Below are positions 54,091 through 61,798 of a DNA stretch of 64,000 nucleotides, piece by piece (within the stretch, counting starts at the first letter, position 1; the number at the start of each line of letters is the position of its first letter). Origin of the DNA: a virus (Duplodnaviria; Caudoviricetes); the IMG/VR virus record IMGVR_UViG_3300048854_000106, positions 187 to 64,186 of that record. One strand, given 5' to 3'. The notes under the pieces were generated by a model. That model ran no database searches. It saw only the letters and a list, made by a program, of their open reading frames with translations, and was not told where the DNA came from. The position numbers and the translations under genes were made by a program.

Positions 54091-54933
54091 TTACTTCTTC
54101 CCGGACAGGATGTCCCGAATGGTGGATTTCGCCTCGATCGGAAAAGCCCAGCGTTCGCCCTTGATCGTCTTGGGATAGCTGTCCTTGCCTTCGTAGCGGC
54201 GCAGCTTGGCACGCGCCACCTTCGGATCGATGTCGAGCTCGCGAGCCACGTCGGCAACGGTGAAGGTCTTGTCGTCTTTTTCCTTCGCCGGTTTTTCGGC
54301 ACGTGCCTTCTGCTTGTCAGCAACGTGCTTCGCCTGACGTGCCGCCTTGTCAGGTTCCTTCGCGGCGTCGACCTTGCCGGTAATGTTCCGCGAAGCTGCT
54401 TCGTCCTTGATCTGCGCCTTGTCAGTTTCGGACAGCTTGGCGAGCTTCTTCATCTTCTTGAGTCGCTTCTTTTCTTTCTTCGTTAGCGGTTTCTTGTTCG
54501 CCGCCGCCTCGTCACGCTTCTCCTGCGATCGACGGGACTGCACCGCTGCACGGGATTGAACAGCCATAGTGTCAGTCTCCAGGCCGCGGGCGAGTTTGCC
54601 CTTGACCTTGGTCACTTCCTTCTTCGGCTTGTCGTCATCCTTCGGCGTCACCATCTTACCGAGCGCGCTGTCGGCGAGCGACGGTACTTCCTCGTCCCTC
54701 GCTTCTTCAGCTGGCGGCGTCAGAGCCTTGATGATTTCGGGATCGGGCGGGAGTACAGGCGCTGCCTGTATATTAGCGCCGGGCAGCGCGTCGGTGAAAC
54801 CGTCGTCGAGGAACTTCTGGATCTGTGCGTCGAGCGACTCGCGCGATGCCTTCCAGGATTTGAGCTCGCCTTTGCCTGCATTGACGCGCAGGCGGTTAAG
54901 CTGTGCAAGATCACCCATGTGGTATCCATTCAT
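54091..54933 (-). CDS. Lys-rich protein with C-terminal HTH domain
   Basis: FTVADVARELDIDPKVARAKLR...RWAF. Confidence 0.7.
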   Translation of the reverse strand: MNGYHMGDLAQLNRLRVNAGKGELKSWKASRESLDAQIQKFLDDGFTDALPGANIQAAPVLPPDPEIIKALTPPAEEARDEEVPSLADSALGKMVTPKDDDKPKKEVTKVKGKLARGLETDTMAVQSRAAVQSRRSQEKRDEAAANKKPLTKKEKKRLKKMKKLAKLSETDKAQIKDEAASRNITGKVDAAKEPDKAARQAKHVADKQKARAEKPAKEKDDKTFTVADVARELDIDPKVARAKLRRYEGKDSYPKTIKGERWAFPIEAKSTIRDILSGKK

Positions 54934-54969
54934 CGTTTGTCCGCGTCGTGATTGATGCGTAACAGGCCT

Positions 54970-54998
54970 ATCATACGATGATGGTACTCTGATGTAAA
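54970..54998 (-). promoter_or_regulatory. sigma70-type promoter
   Basis: TTTACA-N17-TATGAT. Confidence 0.6.
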
Positions 54999-55025
54999 TT
55001 GACTTTATTCTCGTGGGAGTTTATT

Positions 55026-55292
55026 ATGGCCGAGCCAAACAAAGGAGGCATTATGACCACTCAAGTCCAAGTGACCGTTGCTGAGAAGCAGGTCCGTGTC
55101 GTCACGTCCGACGGCTCGACCGACATCGTGCTCGACACGCGCGGCGACACCACGACGTTCTGGGTTCCTCAAGGTGTGAAGCTCGGCGTTGAGGAAACAG
55201 CCGATGCGTCGATCTCGCCGATCAACAAGATCAACACCGGCGGCAGCATCAGTGAAGTCAGTGAGGATACGTTGAAGGGACTTACTTCTTAG
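55026..55292 (+). CDS. Small hypothetical protein
   Basis: GGAG/GGAGG RBS candidates before ATG 55026 or 55053; biased codons. Confidence 0.5.
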   Translation: MAEPNKGGIMTTQVQVTVAEKQVRVVTSDGSTDIVLDTRGDTTTFWVPQGVKLGVEETADASISPINKINTGGSISEVSEDTLKGLTS

Positions 55293-57207
55293 TCTTCTTC
55301 GAGGGGTCTTTCAACGACCACATCTCTACCTTGGAAGACCCCTTCCGTTCCTTCTCCTTGACGACACCCATCCGGGCAGCTGCTCGTTCGAGTAACTTCG
55401 AGCTGACACTACGTGTCTCCGCCATACGAAACAACTTTGACTTATCCATTGGTCCTTCGGCGATCTGCTCCTCAAGGAATTCCATGGCTTCCTGCATGCT
55501 GTCGCCAACCTTGCCTTCGGCACGAGCGTTTGATGCTGCGTCCATGATCTCTTGTGCGCTCAGATCGGTGTACTCTCCGAAGATGAATTCCGATTCTTCT
55601 TTCGGCCTTTCTTCGATCCTGAACGTGAGCGCCCTCGGCGCTTTCGCAAAGTTAATCTTAGTAATCGCCACTGCACGATTTTCAGTGTCAGCAGGGTCAA
55701 CGCCAACAGACATAACAACGCGAGCAGTTCCACTAAAAGCGATAGAACCTTGACCACGATACATAGCACTGCCGGACCCCTTGGTTAAGTGCCGCAAGAC
55801 TACGACCGCACAGTTGAACTGACGAGCTATGTCTGCGAAGCGATTGATTGCAGCTGTGGACTCGGACGCCTTGTGCGTATCTGCCCGACCAATATATGCG
55901 TTGAGCGTATCGAAGACAACAAGCGTCGGCTTATATATTTCGAGCGCATCATATATCTCTTCCATCGCGTCTTCATCATCGATAGTAAAGAATTGGTTCA
56001 TGACGATCAGGTCTTCGAGTTTCTTCATACCGTTCTGTTCAAGGCGCGGTTTCGTCACGGATCCTGCGCTGTTCTCCATATCGAAGTAAACGACGGTGCC
56101 TTGAACTTTATGGTTCTTGCCCACACGAGGTGACGGGAGACGTTTACCTTTCGCGATATGAGCTGCAACCATCTGCATAAGATAAGACTTGCCGAGGCCA
56201 GGATCACCTTCAACGATGCTAACTTCGCCACGCACGAGATAGGGATACCACACGAAGTCAAGCTCTTCTTTCTTGACCTCGGTCATGCGACGGAAGTTGA
56301 AACGCTTCTCGCCTTCGACTTCCTCACGACTCTCGTCAGCATCACTCTTACGCTTCAGTTTCTCCTTGCCTTTGGGAGCTTGACTGAACTGGTGGTTGAC
56401 TATCTTCGAGAGTTCGTTTCGAAGGATAGCGTCTCCGTTACGCCGGTTGCGGAACTTGTTCCAGATCGACCGCTTGATCAGTGCAAAGGCTTCATCTGTG
56501 GACAATCCTGCTTCAATACACGCATTCTCAAGCTTCCATAGCATCTCGCTGCGGTCAGCACCATGAAGGATCTTTTTCGCCATAAGCTCCCTACGAAGCC
56601 AACGAGGAAGGTTCTTCTCATGCTCTTCCCACACGTCGACCGGGTTCAGCTCGTCGGGATCAGTGTCGATCTCTTCTTCGGGAGGTAGCGCAGCCTCGAT
56701 CTGCTTGATCGAATAAGTACGACCGTCATCCCACATGCCTTTGACGCGCGGTTCCGACTTGTACTTATAATTACGCGTGCCCGGCATTCTTAATGCCTGA
56801 GTCAAATCCCAGCCGCCGTGATCGGCGTCTATCATGTAAGACATCCGCCGGTTCATGGACTCCGTCATGGTTCCCTTGAGAACCCATATGCCTACGAAGC
56901 GACCAGGCGAAGACTCGATAGCGATTGTGGGCTTCAACTTCAGCTTGCGAGGATCAGCGAAGTCGAGATCGGCCCACAGTAGGTTCGGAAGCACCGCCTC
57001 CGTTTTACTACGTGACCGTCGATTGAAACCGTGAGGACAGAAGTAGATATTCTTGTGCTCGTTGTCGAGAATGAACTGCTTGACCTTGGAGAACTCTTCC
57101 GGTGAGAAGAATGTATCCTTCCAATCGTCCTTCATGTCCTTGGTAGAGATACAGAAGAACTTGCCCGGCTGCTCTTTCCACATCCGCAGTATTGTCTTAT
57201 AGTTCAC
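55282..57207 (-). CDS. Primase (RepB-like AEP)-helicase (AAA_25/RepA-like) fusion
   Basis: LWADLD, IESSPGRF, LRMPGT.NYK primase motifs; GDPGLGKS Walker A, VVFDTL Walker B. Confidence 0.85.
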   Translation of the reverse strand: MNYKTILRMWKEQPGKFFCISTKDMKDDWKDTFFSPEEFSKVKQFILDNEHKNIYFCPHGFNRRSRSKTEAVLPNLLWADLDFADPRKLKLKPTIAIESSPGRFVGIWVLKGTMTESMNRRMSYMIDADHGGWDLTQALRMPGTRNYKYKSEPRVKGMWDDGRTYSIKQIEAALPPEEEIDTDPDELNPVDVWEEHEKNLPRWLRRELMAKKILHGADRSEMLWKLENACIEAGLSTDEAFALIKRSIWNKFRNRRNGDAILRNELSKIVNHQFSQAPKGKEKLKRKSDADESREEVEGEKRFNFRRMTEVKKEELDFVWYPYLVRGEVSIVEGDPGLGKSYLMQMVAAHIAKGKRLPSPRVGKNHKVQGTVVYFDMENSAGSVTKPRLEQNGMKKLEDLIVMNQFFTIDDEDAMEEIYDALEIYKPTLVVFDTLNAYIGRADTHKASESTAAINRFADIARQFNCAVVVLRHLTKGSGSAMYRGQGSIAFSGTARVVMSVGVDPADTENRAVAITKINFAKAPRALTFRIEERPKEESEFIFGEYTDLSAQEIMDAASNARAEGKVGDSMQEAMEFLEEQIAEGPMDKSKLFRMAETRSVSSKLLERAAARMGVVKEKERKGSSKVEMWSLKDPSKKTKK

Positions 57208-57380
57208 GCAACCCGCTCCCGACTCAAACGCTCAACCTCTGTTGCGGGAATAAGCTTCATCCGTCCCAGCGTATCATACTTAACCTTCCCTCGCGCAATG
57301 CGCTGTAATAGTGTCTTGTATTCGAGACCGACCAAGTCAGCCGCCTCTCGGACGGTATAGAAGTAACCCGGATTTAACAT
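57204..57380 (-). CDS. Excisionase-like/MerR-type HTH protein
   Basis: YTVREAADLVGLEYKTL...I..G.V...GRMKLIP..EVERL. Confidence 0.7.
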   Translation of the reverse strand: MLNPGYFYTVREAADLVGLEYKTLLQRIARGKVKYDTLGRMKLIPATEVERLSRERVA

Positions 57381-57395
57381 GAGCCCCCAGCGGCG

Positions 57396-57425
57396 TTGAC
57401 ACAACGGATTAACTTGGGTTATAAC
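57396..57425 (+). promoter_or_regulatory. sigma70-type promoter of the nucleotide cassette/polymerase operon
   Basis: TTGACA-N18-TATAAC with a TTAA half-site in the spacer. Confidence 0.7.
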
Positions 57426-57465
57426 GCCGAATGTCGACTCATGTCAACACCGCGGAGATTTCCTG

Positions 57466-57978
57466 ATGATGGTAGTAATTGAAGGTATGGACAACTCTGG
57501 CAAGAGCACGTTGGCGCTCGCGTTGTCTGATTATATGCGTCTACCAATCATGGAAAGTGAAGGGCCGCCGAAGTCTGACGAAGAGATCAATGAACGCGTG
57601 GACAAGTATGAGCGCTTCGGCGACGCGTTTCTTTATGATCGTCATCCCGTCGTGTCCAATGAGATTTACGGCGCCGTTCGTCTCGAAGGCAACCCGATCA
57701 CGCCGGGCCGGTCGATGATTTTCTACGAGTCGAAGCCGATCTTCATTTATTGTGACGCAGGTGAGCGCGGTCTTGATGCGCATGTACGCAAGGCGCACGA
57801 TACCGACAAGCATATCGATGACATCACCCGCAACTATACAGCGCTCCTCGAAGCGTATCGAACCTGGGCTGCCAAGCACGCTCATTTCATGTATAGGATC
57901 GGCGATGATATGGACGGGATCAAGGGGGCCGTTCATTACTACCGCTCATTCCTCCTGGCAGTTCAAGAACAAGGATAA
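57466..57978 (+). CDS. Deoxynucleoside monophosphate kinase (TMK-like P-loop)
   Basis: VIEGMDNSGKSTL P-loop and YDRH motif. Confidence 0.8.
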   Translation: MMVVIEGMDNSGKSTLALALSDYMRLPIMESEGPPKSDEEINERVDKYERFGDAFLYDRHPVVSNEIYGAVRLEGNPITPGRSMIFYESKPIFIYCDAGERGLDAHVRKAHDTDKHIDDITRNYTALLEAYRTWAAKHAHFMYRIGDDMDGIKGAVHYYRSFLLAVQEQG

Positions 57979-57983
57979 TATAC

Positions 57984-58718
57984 ATGGACGAAACCACACT
58001 GGTCGATCGACTTATGGCGGGCGAAGAAGTCAGCTATGAGTTCAAGATCGAACAAGCCGGCGACGTTGTCCGCATGCTGATCAAGTCAGGCAAGGGCGCG
58101 GTGAAGTCCGGTCAATCCGAAGCAGCTCGTGCGATCGTTGCTCAGGCTGAGATGATCATGCAAGAGCTGCACGTCGAGCCGCGTGCTCCAGACATCATGA
58201 AGGATGTTGTGGCATTCCACGAACAGTTCGGTCTGGCGTATCAGGGCAAGCCTCGTGACTTGCGCACCGAGGTCGAAGCGAACGGCAGCACGCTGTACGA
58301 ATTCCGCCTCGGGTTTATGCGCGAGGAGATCAATGAGTATGAAGATGAGCAGGAAGCGCTCACTATCGCTCGACTCGCCGGCGATGAAGACGAGGTTACA
58401 CTTCGTCTGCACAAACAGCTCGATGCTCTGGTAGACGCGGTCTACGTGATTGTGGGTACGGCTTACCTGCAGTTCGGCAAGGATGTGTGGAACAAGGCTT
58501 GGGATCGGGTGCAGGCCGCCAACATGGCGAAGGTTCGTACCGAGCGTCCCGAGGACAGCAAGCGCGGCTCAGGCTTCGATGTCGTCAAGCCCGCAGGGTG
58601 GGTTGAACCCGACCACAGGCCGGACCTCAAGGACCATGCCCATGTCATCTTCCGTGCGCCTGGCGAGTTGAATAAAGATCACGCGCATGATACACAGGTC
58701 ATTCCGACAGCGCAGTAA
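57984..58718 (+). CDS. MazG-like (DR2231/PRA-PH type) dNTP pyrophosphatase
   Basis: VVAFHEQFG, REEINEY, DALVDAVYV, VQAANMAK, VVKPAGWVEPD motifs. Confidence 0.85.
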   Translation: MDETTLVDRLMAGEEVSYEFKIEQAGDVVRMLIKSGKGAVKSGQSEAARAIVAQAEMIMQELHVEPRAPDIMKDVVAFHEQFGLAYQGKPRDLRTEVEANGSTLYEFRLGFMREEINEYEDEQEALTIARLAGDEDEVTLRLHKQLDALVDAVYVIVGTAYLQFGKDVWNKAWDRVQAANMAKVRTERPEDSKRGSGFDVVKPAGWVEPDHRPDLKDHAHVIFRAPGELNKDHAHDTQVIPTAQ

Positions 58719-58730
58719 AGGAGACAGCGC

Positions 58731-58961
58731 ATGAACACCGAAGCACAGCCTGAAGCCGAAACGGGACCCGCGGCAGTCTCGGAAGAGGCGACCGACGCGT
58801 TCTACAAGCTCGAGCAGGAGATCAAGGACGATTTCGAAAAGCTGAAGGCAAAGGTCGAGGCGCTCGACTCGAGTCGCTTCATCAGCGCGGCGAAGACCAA
58901 GCTCGACGAGGCGTGGCACTGGGTGCGCGATCACCTCGAAGAACGGTTCGAGAAGCTCTGA
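58731..58961 (+). CDS. Small helical protein, possible Acb2/Tad1-like sponge
   Basis: GGAG RBS; SRFISAAKTKLDEAWHW motif. Confidence 0.55.
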   Translation: MNTEAQPEAETGPAAVSEEATDAFYKLEQEIKDDFEKLKAKVEALDSSRFISAAKTKLDEAWHWVRDHLEERFEKL

Positions 58962-59146
58962 TGTTCGGCAGGACGACTCGCGAGGTTCGTGAGAGCCTCA
59001 AGAAGAAGATGCCGAAGTTCTTCGGTTCGATTGCGAAGTTGAACCGTTGGACGAATGAGCCACACAAGCACGAACGCGAACGGCGCCGCAACGGCTACGT
59101 TTGGAGAGGCGGCAAGACAAACGCCTGGGTGAAGAAGGGGAAATAA
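58961..59146 (+). CDS. Small basic hypothetical protein
   Basis: TGATG coupling. Confidence 0.5.
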   Translation: MFGRTTREVRESLKKKMPKFFGSIAKLNRWTNEPHKHERERRRNGYVWRGGKTNAWVKKGK

Positions 59147-59147
59147 C

Positions 59148-59993
59148 TTGAAGCGCGAATGGCTCGATCATGTACTCCGTATGTCTGCCAAGAAGGCTGA
59201 TCTCTACGCAGGCTGCCGCAAGATCATCATGGGAGTACAGCTCGAGTTCGACGACCTGTGGAATTACCAGGAACCTCTCGAGCTGGAGGACGCGGGTTAT
59301 ACGCGCAACAAGTTGGCTCACCTTGTTCGAGGCTACCTTCACGAAGAGTCAATCGAGAAGGCCGTGATGTTGTGGAACCTGCGCCGCCAGAAGACTTCCT
59401 ATGGCAGTGTGGGTTTCACGACGTACAACCATTTCCTCAAGAACGACGCCGTGAAGAAGTCGAAGCGTGCCTCCGTTATGGGACCATGCATCCAGGCTGT
59501 TACGATCACGCAACTCAAGGGGGTTGGTAAAAGTGGCAAGGGTGGGGCCTACCGTATCGACGCGTTTTACCGCACTACTGAGCTTCTCAAGAAGTTTCCC
59601 GCTGACCTGGTGTTTATTCGAGACGTCCTCCTCAAGGACTTTGATTTCACTGGAATGGAATTCCAAGGGCTCACTTGCCACTTCGCGAACGTCACGATCC
59701 ACCCTCAATATTTCGTGACTGCGCTGATCCATCTCGACGACTGGGAAGAACAGCTCGAAAAGTTGAAGAAGCGCGACATCTATTTCTATAATTGGTGCAT
59801 CAAGTGGACTGCTCGGTACCTGTGCGAAGAGCATTACCGCGGCATTGCCAAATTCGCACAGGCGCTGCGCGTCAAGGATCACGCCGACACGATCAAGGGT
59901 AAGAAACGCAAGAAGCTTACAGAATATCTTCGTGCTAATCACCCAGGTCACACTAAGGAGTACGTCGAGAAAGACGACGGCGATGACGAATGA
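59148..59993 (+). CDS. Divergent thymidylate-synthase-fold protein
   Basis: MGPCIQAVTI and FYRTTELLKKFPADL align by eye with ThyA LAPCHAFFQF and YQRSCDVFLGLPFNI. Confidence 0.65.
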   Translation: MKREWLDHVLRMSAKKADLYAGCRKIIMGVQLEFDDLWNYQEPLELEDAGYTRNKLAHLVRGYLHEESIEKAVMLWNLRRQKTSYGSVGFTTYNHFLKNDAVKKSKRASVMGPCIQAVTITQLKGVGKSGKGGAYRIDAFYRTTELLKKFPADLVFIRDVLLKDFDFTGMEFQGLTCHFANVTIHPQYFVTALIHLDDWEEQLEKLKKRDIYFYNWCIKWTARYLCEEHYRGIAKFAQALRVKDHADTIKGKKRKKLTEYLRANHPGHTKEYVEKDDGDDE

Positions 59994-60143
59994 GGTGGCG
60001 CCTTCGTGTCGAATGGGAAGCTGGTCGTCACGATGACTTTTGGGTACACGAAGCCCAAGACTTCATCTTTTTCTTTGAGCATCACGAAACAGAGCTGCTA
60101 AGCGGTTGCCTTACAACAGAGCAAGTCAAGAGGAGACTAGAAG

Positions 60144-61061
60144 ATGCGTCCGTACATGTTCCCGACCTTTGCCGAAGCGATCCAGCAGGCGGGTCATCAG
60201 TTGCTTTATCGTAGCGAGGTCGTCCACAGCAACCGTTGGCAAGGAATGACGATCGAAGGCAAGCCTGAGATGGCGACGCACGAGATAACTCACTGCACCT
60301 TCGGTGTCCATATGTACAAGATGATGTATGTGGGCAATGACCCATTGATGGGGAAGCTGCGGGGCAACTTCCTCGGCGTGCTGCAGAACGACATCAAGCC
60401 GAACCTGCCTTGGGCCGATGACCATTTTGATGAACGGGTCTCGGGTGCACCGATGAACCCCGGTACCGAATGGAAGAATTGGCCTTACGGCAAGAGCGCC
60501 GCACGCTTCCTCGAAGAAGGCAAGTTTAACCACAACTACATGGAACGATATTGGCCGAAGCATGCCGGCGATGTCGTTGAACCGACGGAGGACGCAGTTG
60601 ACTGGAGAGACAAATTTGATCTCCTCGAGTGGGGATCACTTCCAACAACAGAAGGAGGCGTTGTACCAAGCCATCGAGGAATTCGATACGAGTATGGGGA
60701 CCTTTCCGACGTGGTCAAGCTTCTTGCCGACGACCCACTCACTCGACAAGCATATCTACCCATGTGGTTCCCTGAGGACACCGGGGGCGGAGCGAAGCGT
60801 GCGCCGTGTACTCTTGGATACCACTTCCTTGCAAGAGACGGCTTTCTTGATATCGACTATCATATCCGATCCTGCGACTATATTCGGCACTTCCGCGATG
60901 ACATCTACCTCACCGCCAGACTCGTCAACTGGGTCCTTGGACGACTTCGTCAGCTTGATCTTGAACGGTGGCAAGACGTTCGACCTGGCAAGTTCATCAT
61001 GCATATCGGCTCTCTGCATGTCTTCCGCAATGACTTCCAAATGTTGAAGAACGGTGGGTGA
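60144..61061 (+). CDS. Thymidylate-synthase-fold C5 (hydroxy)methyltransferase, dCMP-type signature
   Basis: TRQAYLPMW, APCTLGYHF, IRSCDYIRHFRDDIY, IGSLHVF motifs. Confidence 0.85.
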   Translation: MRPYMFPTFAEAIQQAGHQLLYRSEVVHSNRWQGMTIEGKPEMATHEITHCTFGVHMYKMMYVGNDPLMGKLRGNFLGVLQNDIKPNLPWADDHFDERVSGAPMNPGTEWKNWPYGKSAARFLEEGKFNHNYMERYWPKHAGDVVEPTEDAVDWRDKFDLLEWGSLPTTEGGVVPSHRGIRYEYGDLSDVVKLLADDPLTRQAYLPMWFPEDTGGGAKRAPCTLGYHFLARDGFLDIDYHIRSCDYIRHFRDDIYLTARLVNWVLGRLRQLDLERWQDVRPGKFIMHIGSLHVFRNDFQMLKNGG

Positions 61062-61296
61062 TTTCCACAACAACGATGCGGTCGACGAGACTATCGCTGA
61101 CGAGACCCGGACCTTAGCTGAGCTGCTTTGCTTCGAAGGACGTTGCATGGCTGCTGTGGTCTCAGTCTCGATCGATCTAGCATCTCGCGATGCCGTGTCG
61201 GGTTTCACCCTTGCAGCGCCAGCCGAGATGCGAACCTACTTGATCGATAAGTTCATCGAGTATCTTGAGGAAATTCGAGATGGAAAGAAGGATTAG
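61054..61296 (+). CDS. Small acidic hypothetical protein
   Basis: GTGA-type coupling with the TS gene. Confidence 0.5.
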   Translation: MGDFHNNDAVDETIADETRTLAELLCFEGRCMAAVVSVSIDLASRDAVSGFTLAAPAEMRTYLIDKFIEYLEEIRDGKKD

Positions 61297-61798
61297 TCGA
61301 CAGCAGATGTTTTTGGGAATGAGTAGGCTCGCAGCAATGCGGGCCACTTGCTTTCGCTTGAACGTCGGCGCGATCATTACCCACAACAATAACCCTGTGG
61401 CGATTGGATGGAACGGTGCACCAAGTGGACAGGCTCACTGTGCTGGAAACGATTGTCCTGGCGTTGTTCCTGGTCACTGTTCAACAATCCATGCAGAGGT
61501 TAACGCCTTGCGAAAGGCAGAAAAACTTCTGGAGTTCGGTAGCGATGTCGATCTGTATTGCACTCATAGTCCGTGTGCTGATTGCCTTGATCTTCTAATG
61601 CAGAGCAAGCTATACGTGCGCAGCCTGTTCTTCGAGATACCTTATCGCAGCACCCAACACCTCGGTCGACTCAATGGCCCGTATAGGTACGAAGGTGATC
61701 CCATGATGAAAACCACGAGAGTGACAGGAGTTTACGAAGTCACGCCCGCAGGTTATACTGTTGAGTACTTCACGCGAAGGGTTGTTGACCTTGGGTAA
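61280..61798 (+). CDS. dCMP deaminase
   Basis: VGAII, GWNGAPSG, IHAEVNAL and HSPCADC zinc motifs. Confidence 0.9.
   Translation: MERRISRQQMFLGMSRLAAMRATCFRLNVGAIITHNNNPVAIGWNGAPSGQAHCAGNDCPGVVPGHCSTIHAEVNALRKAEKLLEFGSDVDLYCTHSPCADCLDLLMQSKLYVRSLFFEIPYRSTQHLGRLNGPYRYEGDPMMKTTRVTGVYEVTPAGYTVEYFTRRVVDLG

Noticed and set aside
57204-57380. Excisionase as evidence of a temperate lifestyle
   Set aside because: HTH_17/MerR-like domains are common regulators; no integrase or att-like context was recognised
59148-61061. Ordinary ThyA or standard hmdU (SPO1/M6-type) pathway
   Set aside because: Not excluded, but both proteins have Asp rather than Asn at the specificity position and no hypermodification enzymes were seen, so it was not adopted as the call
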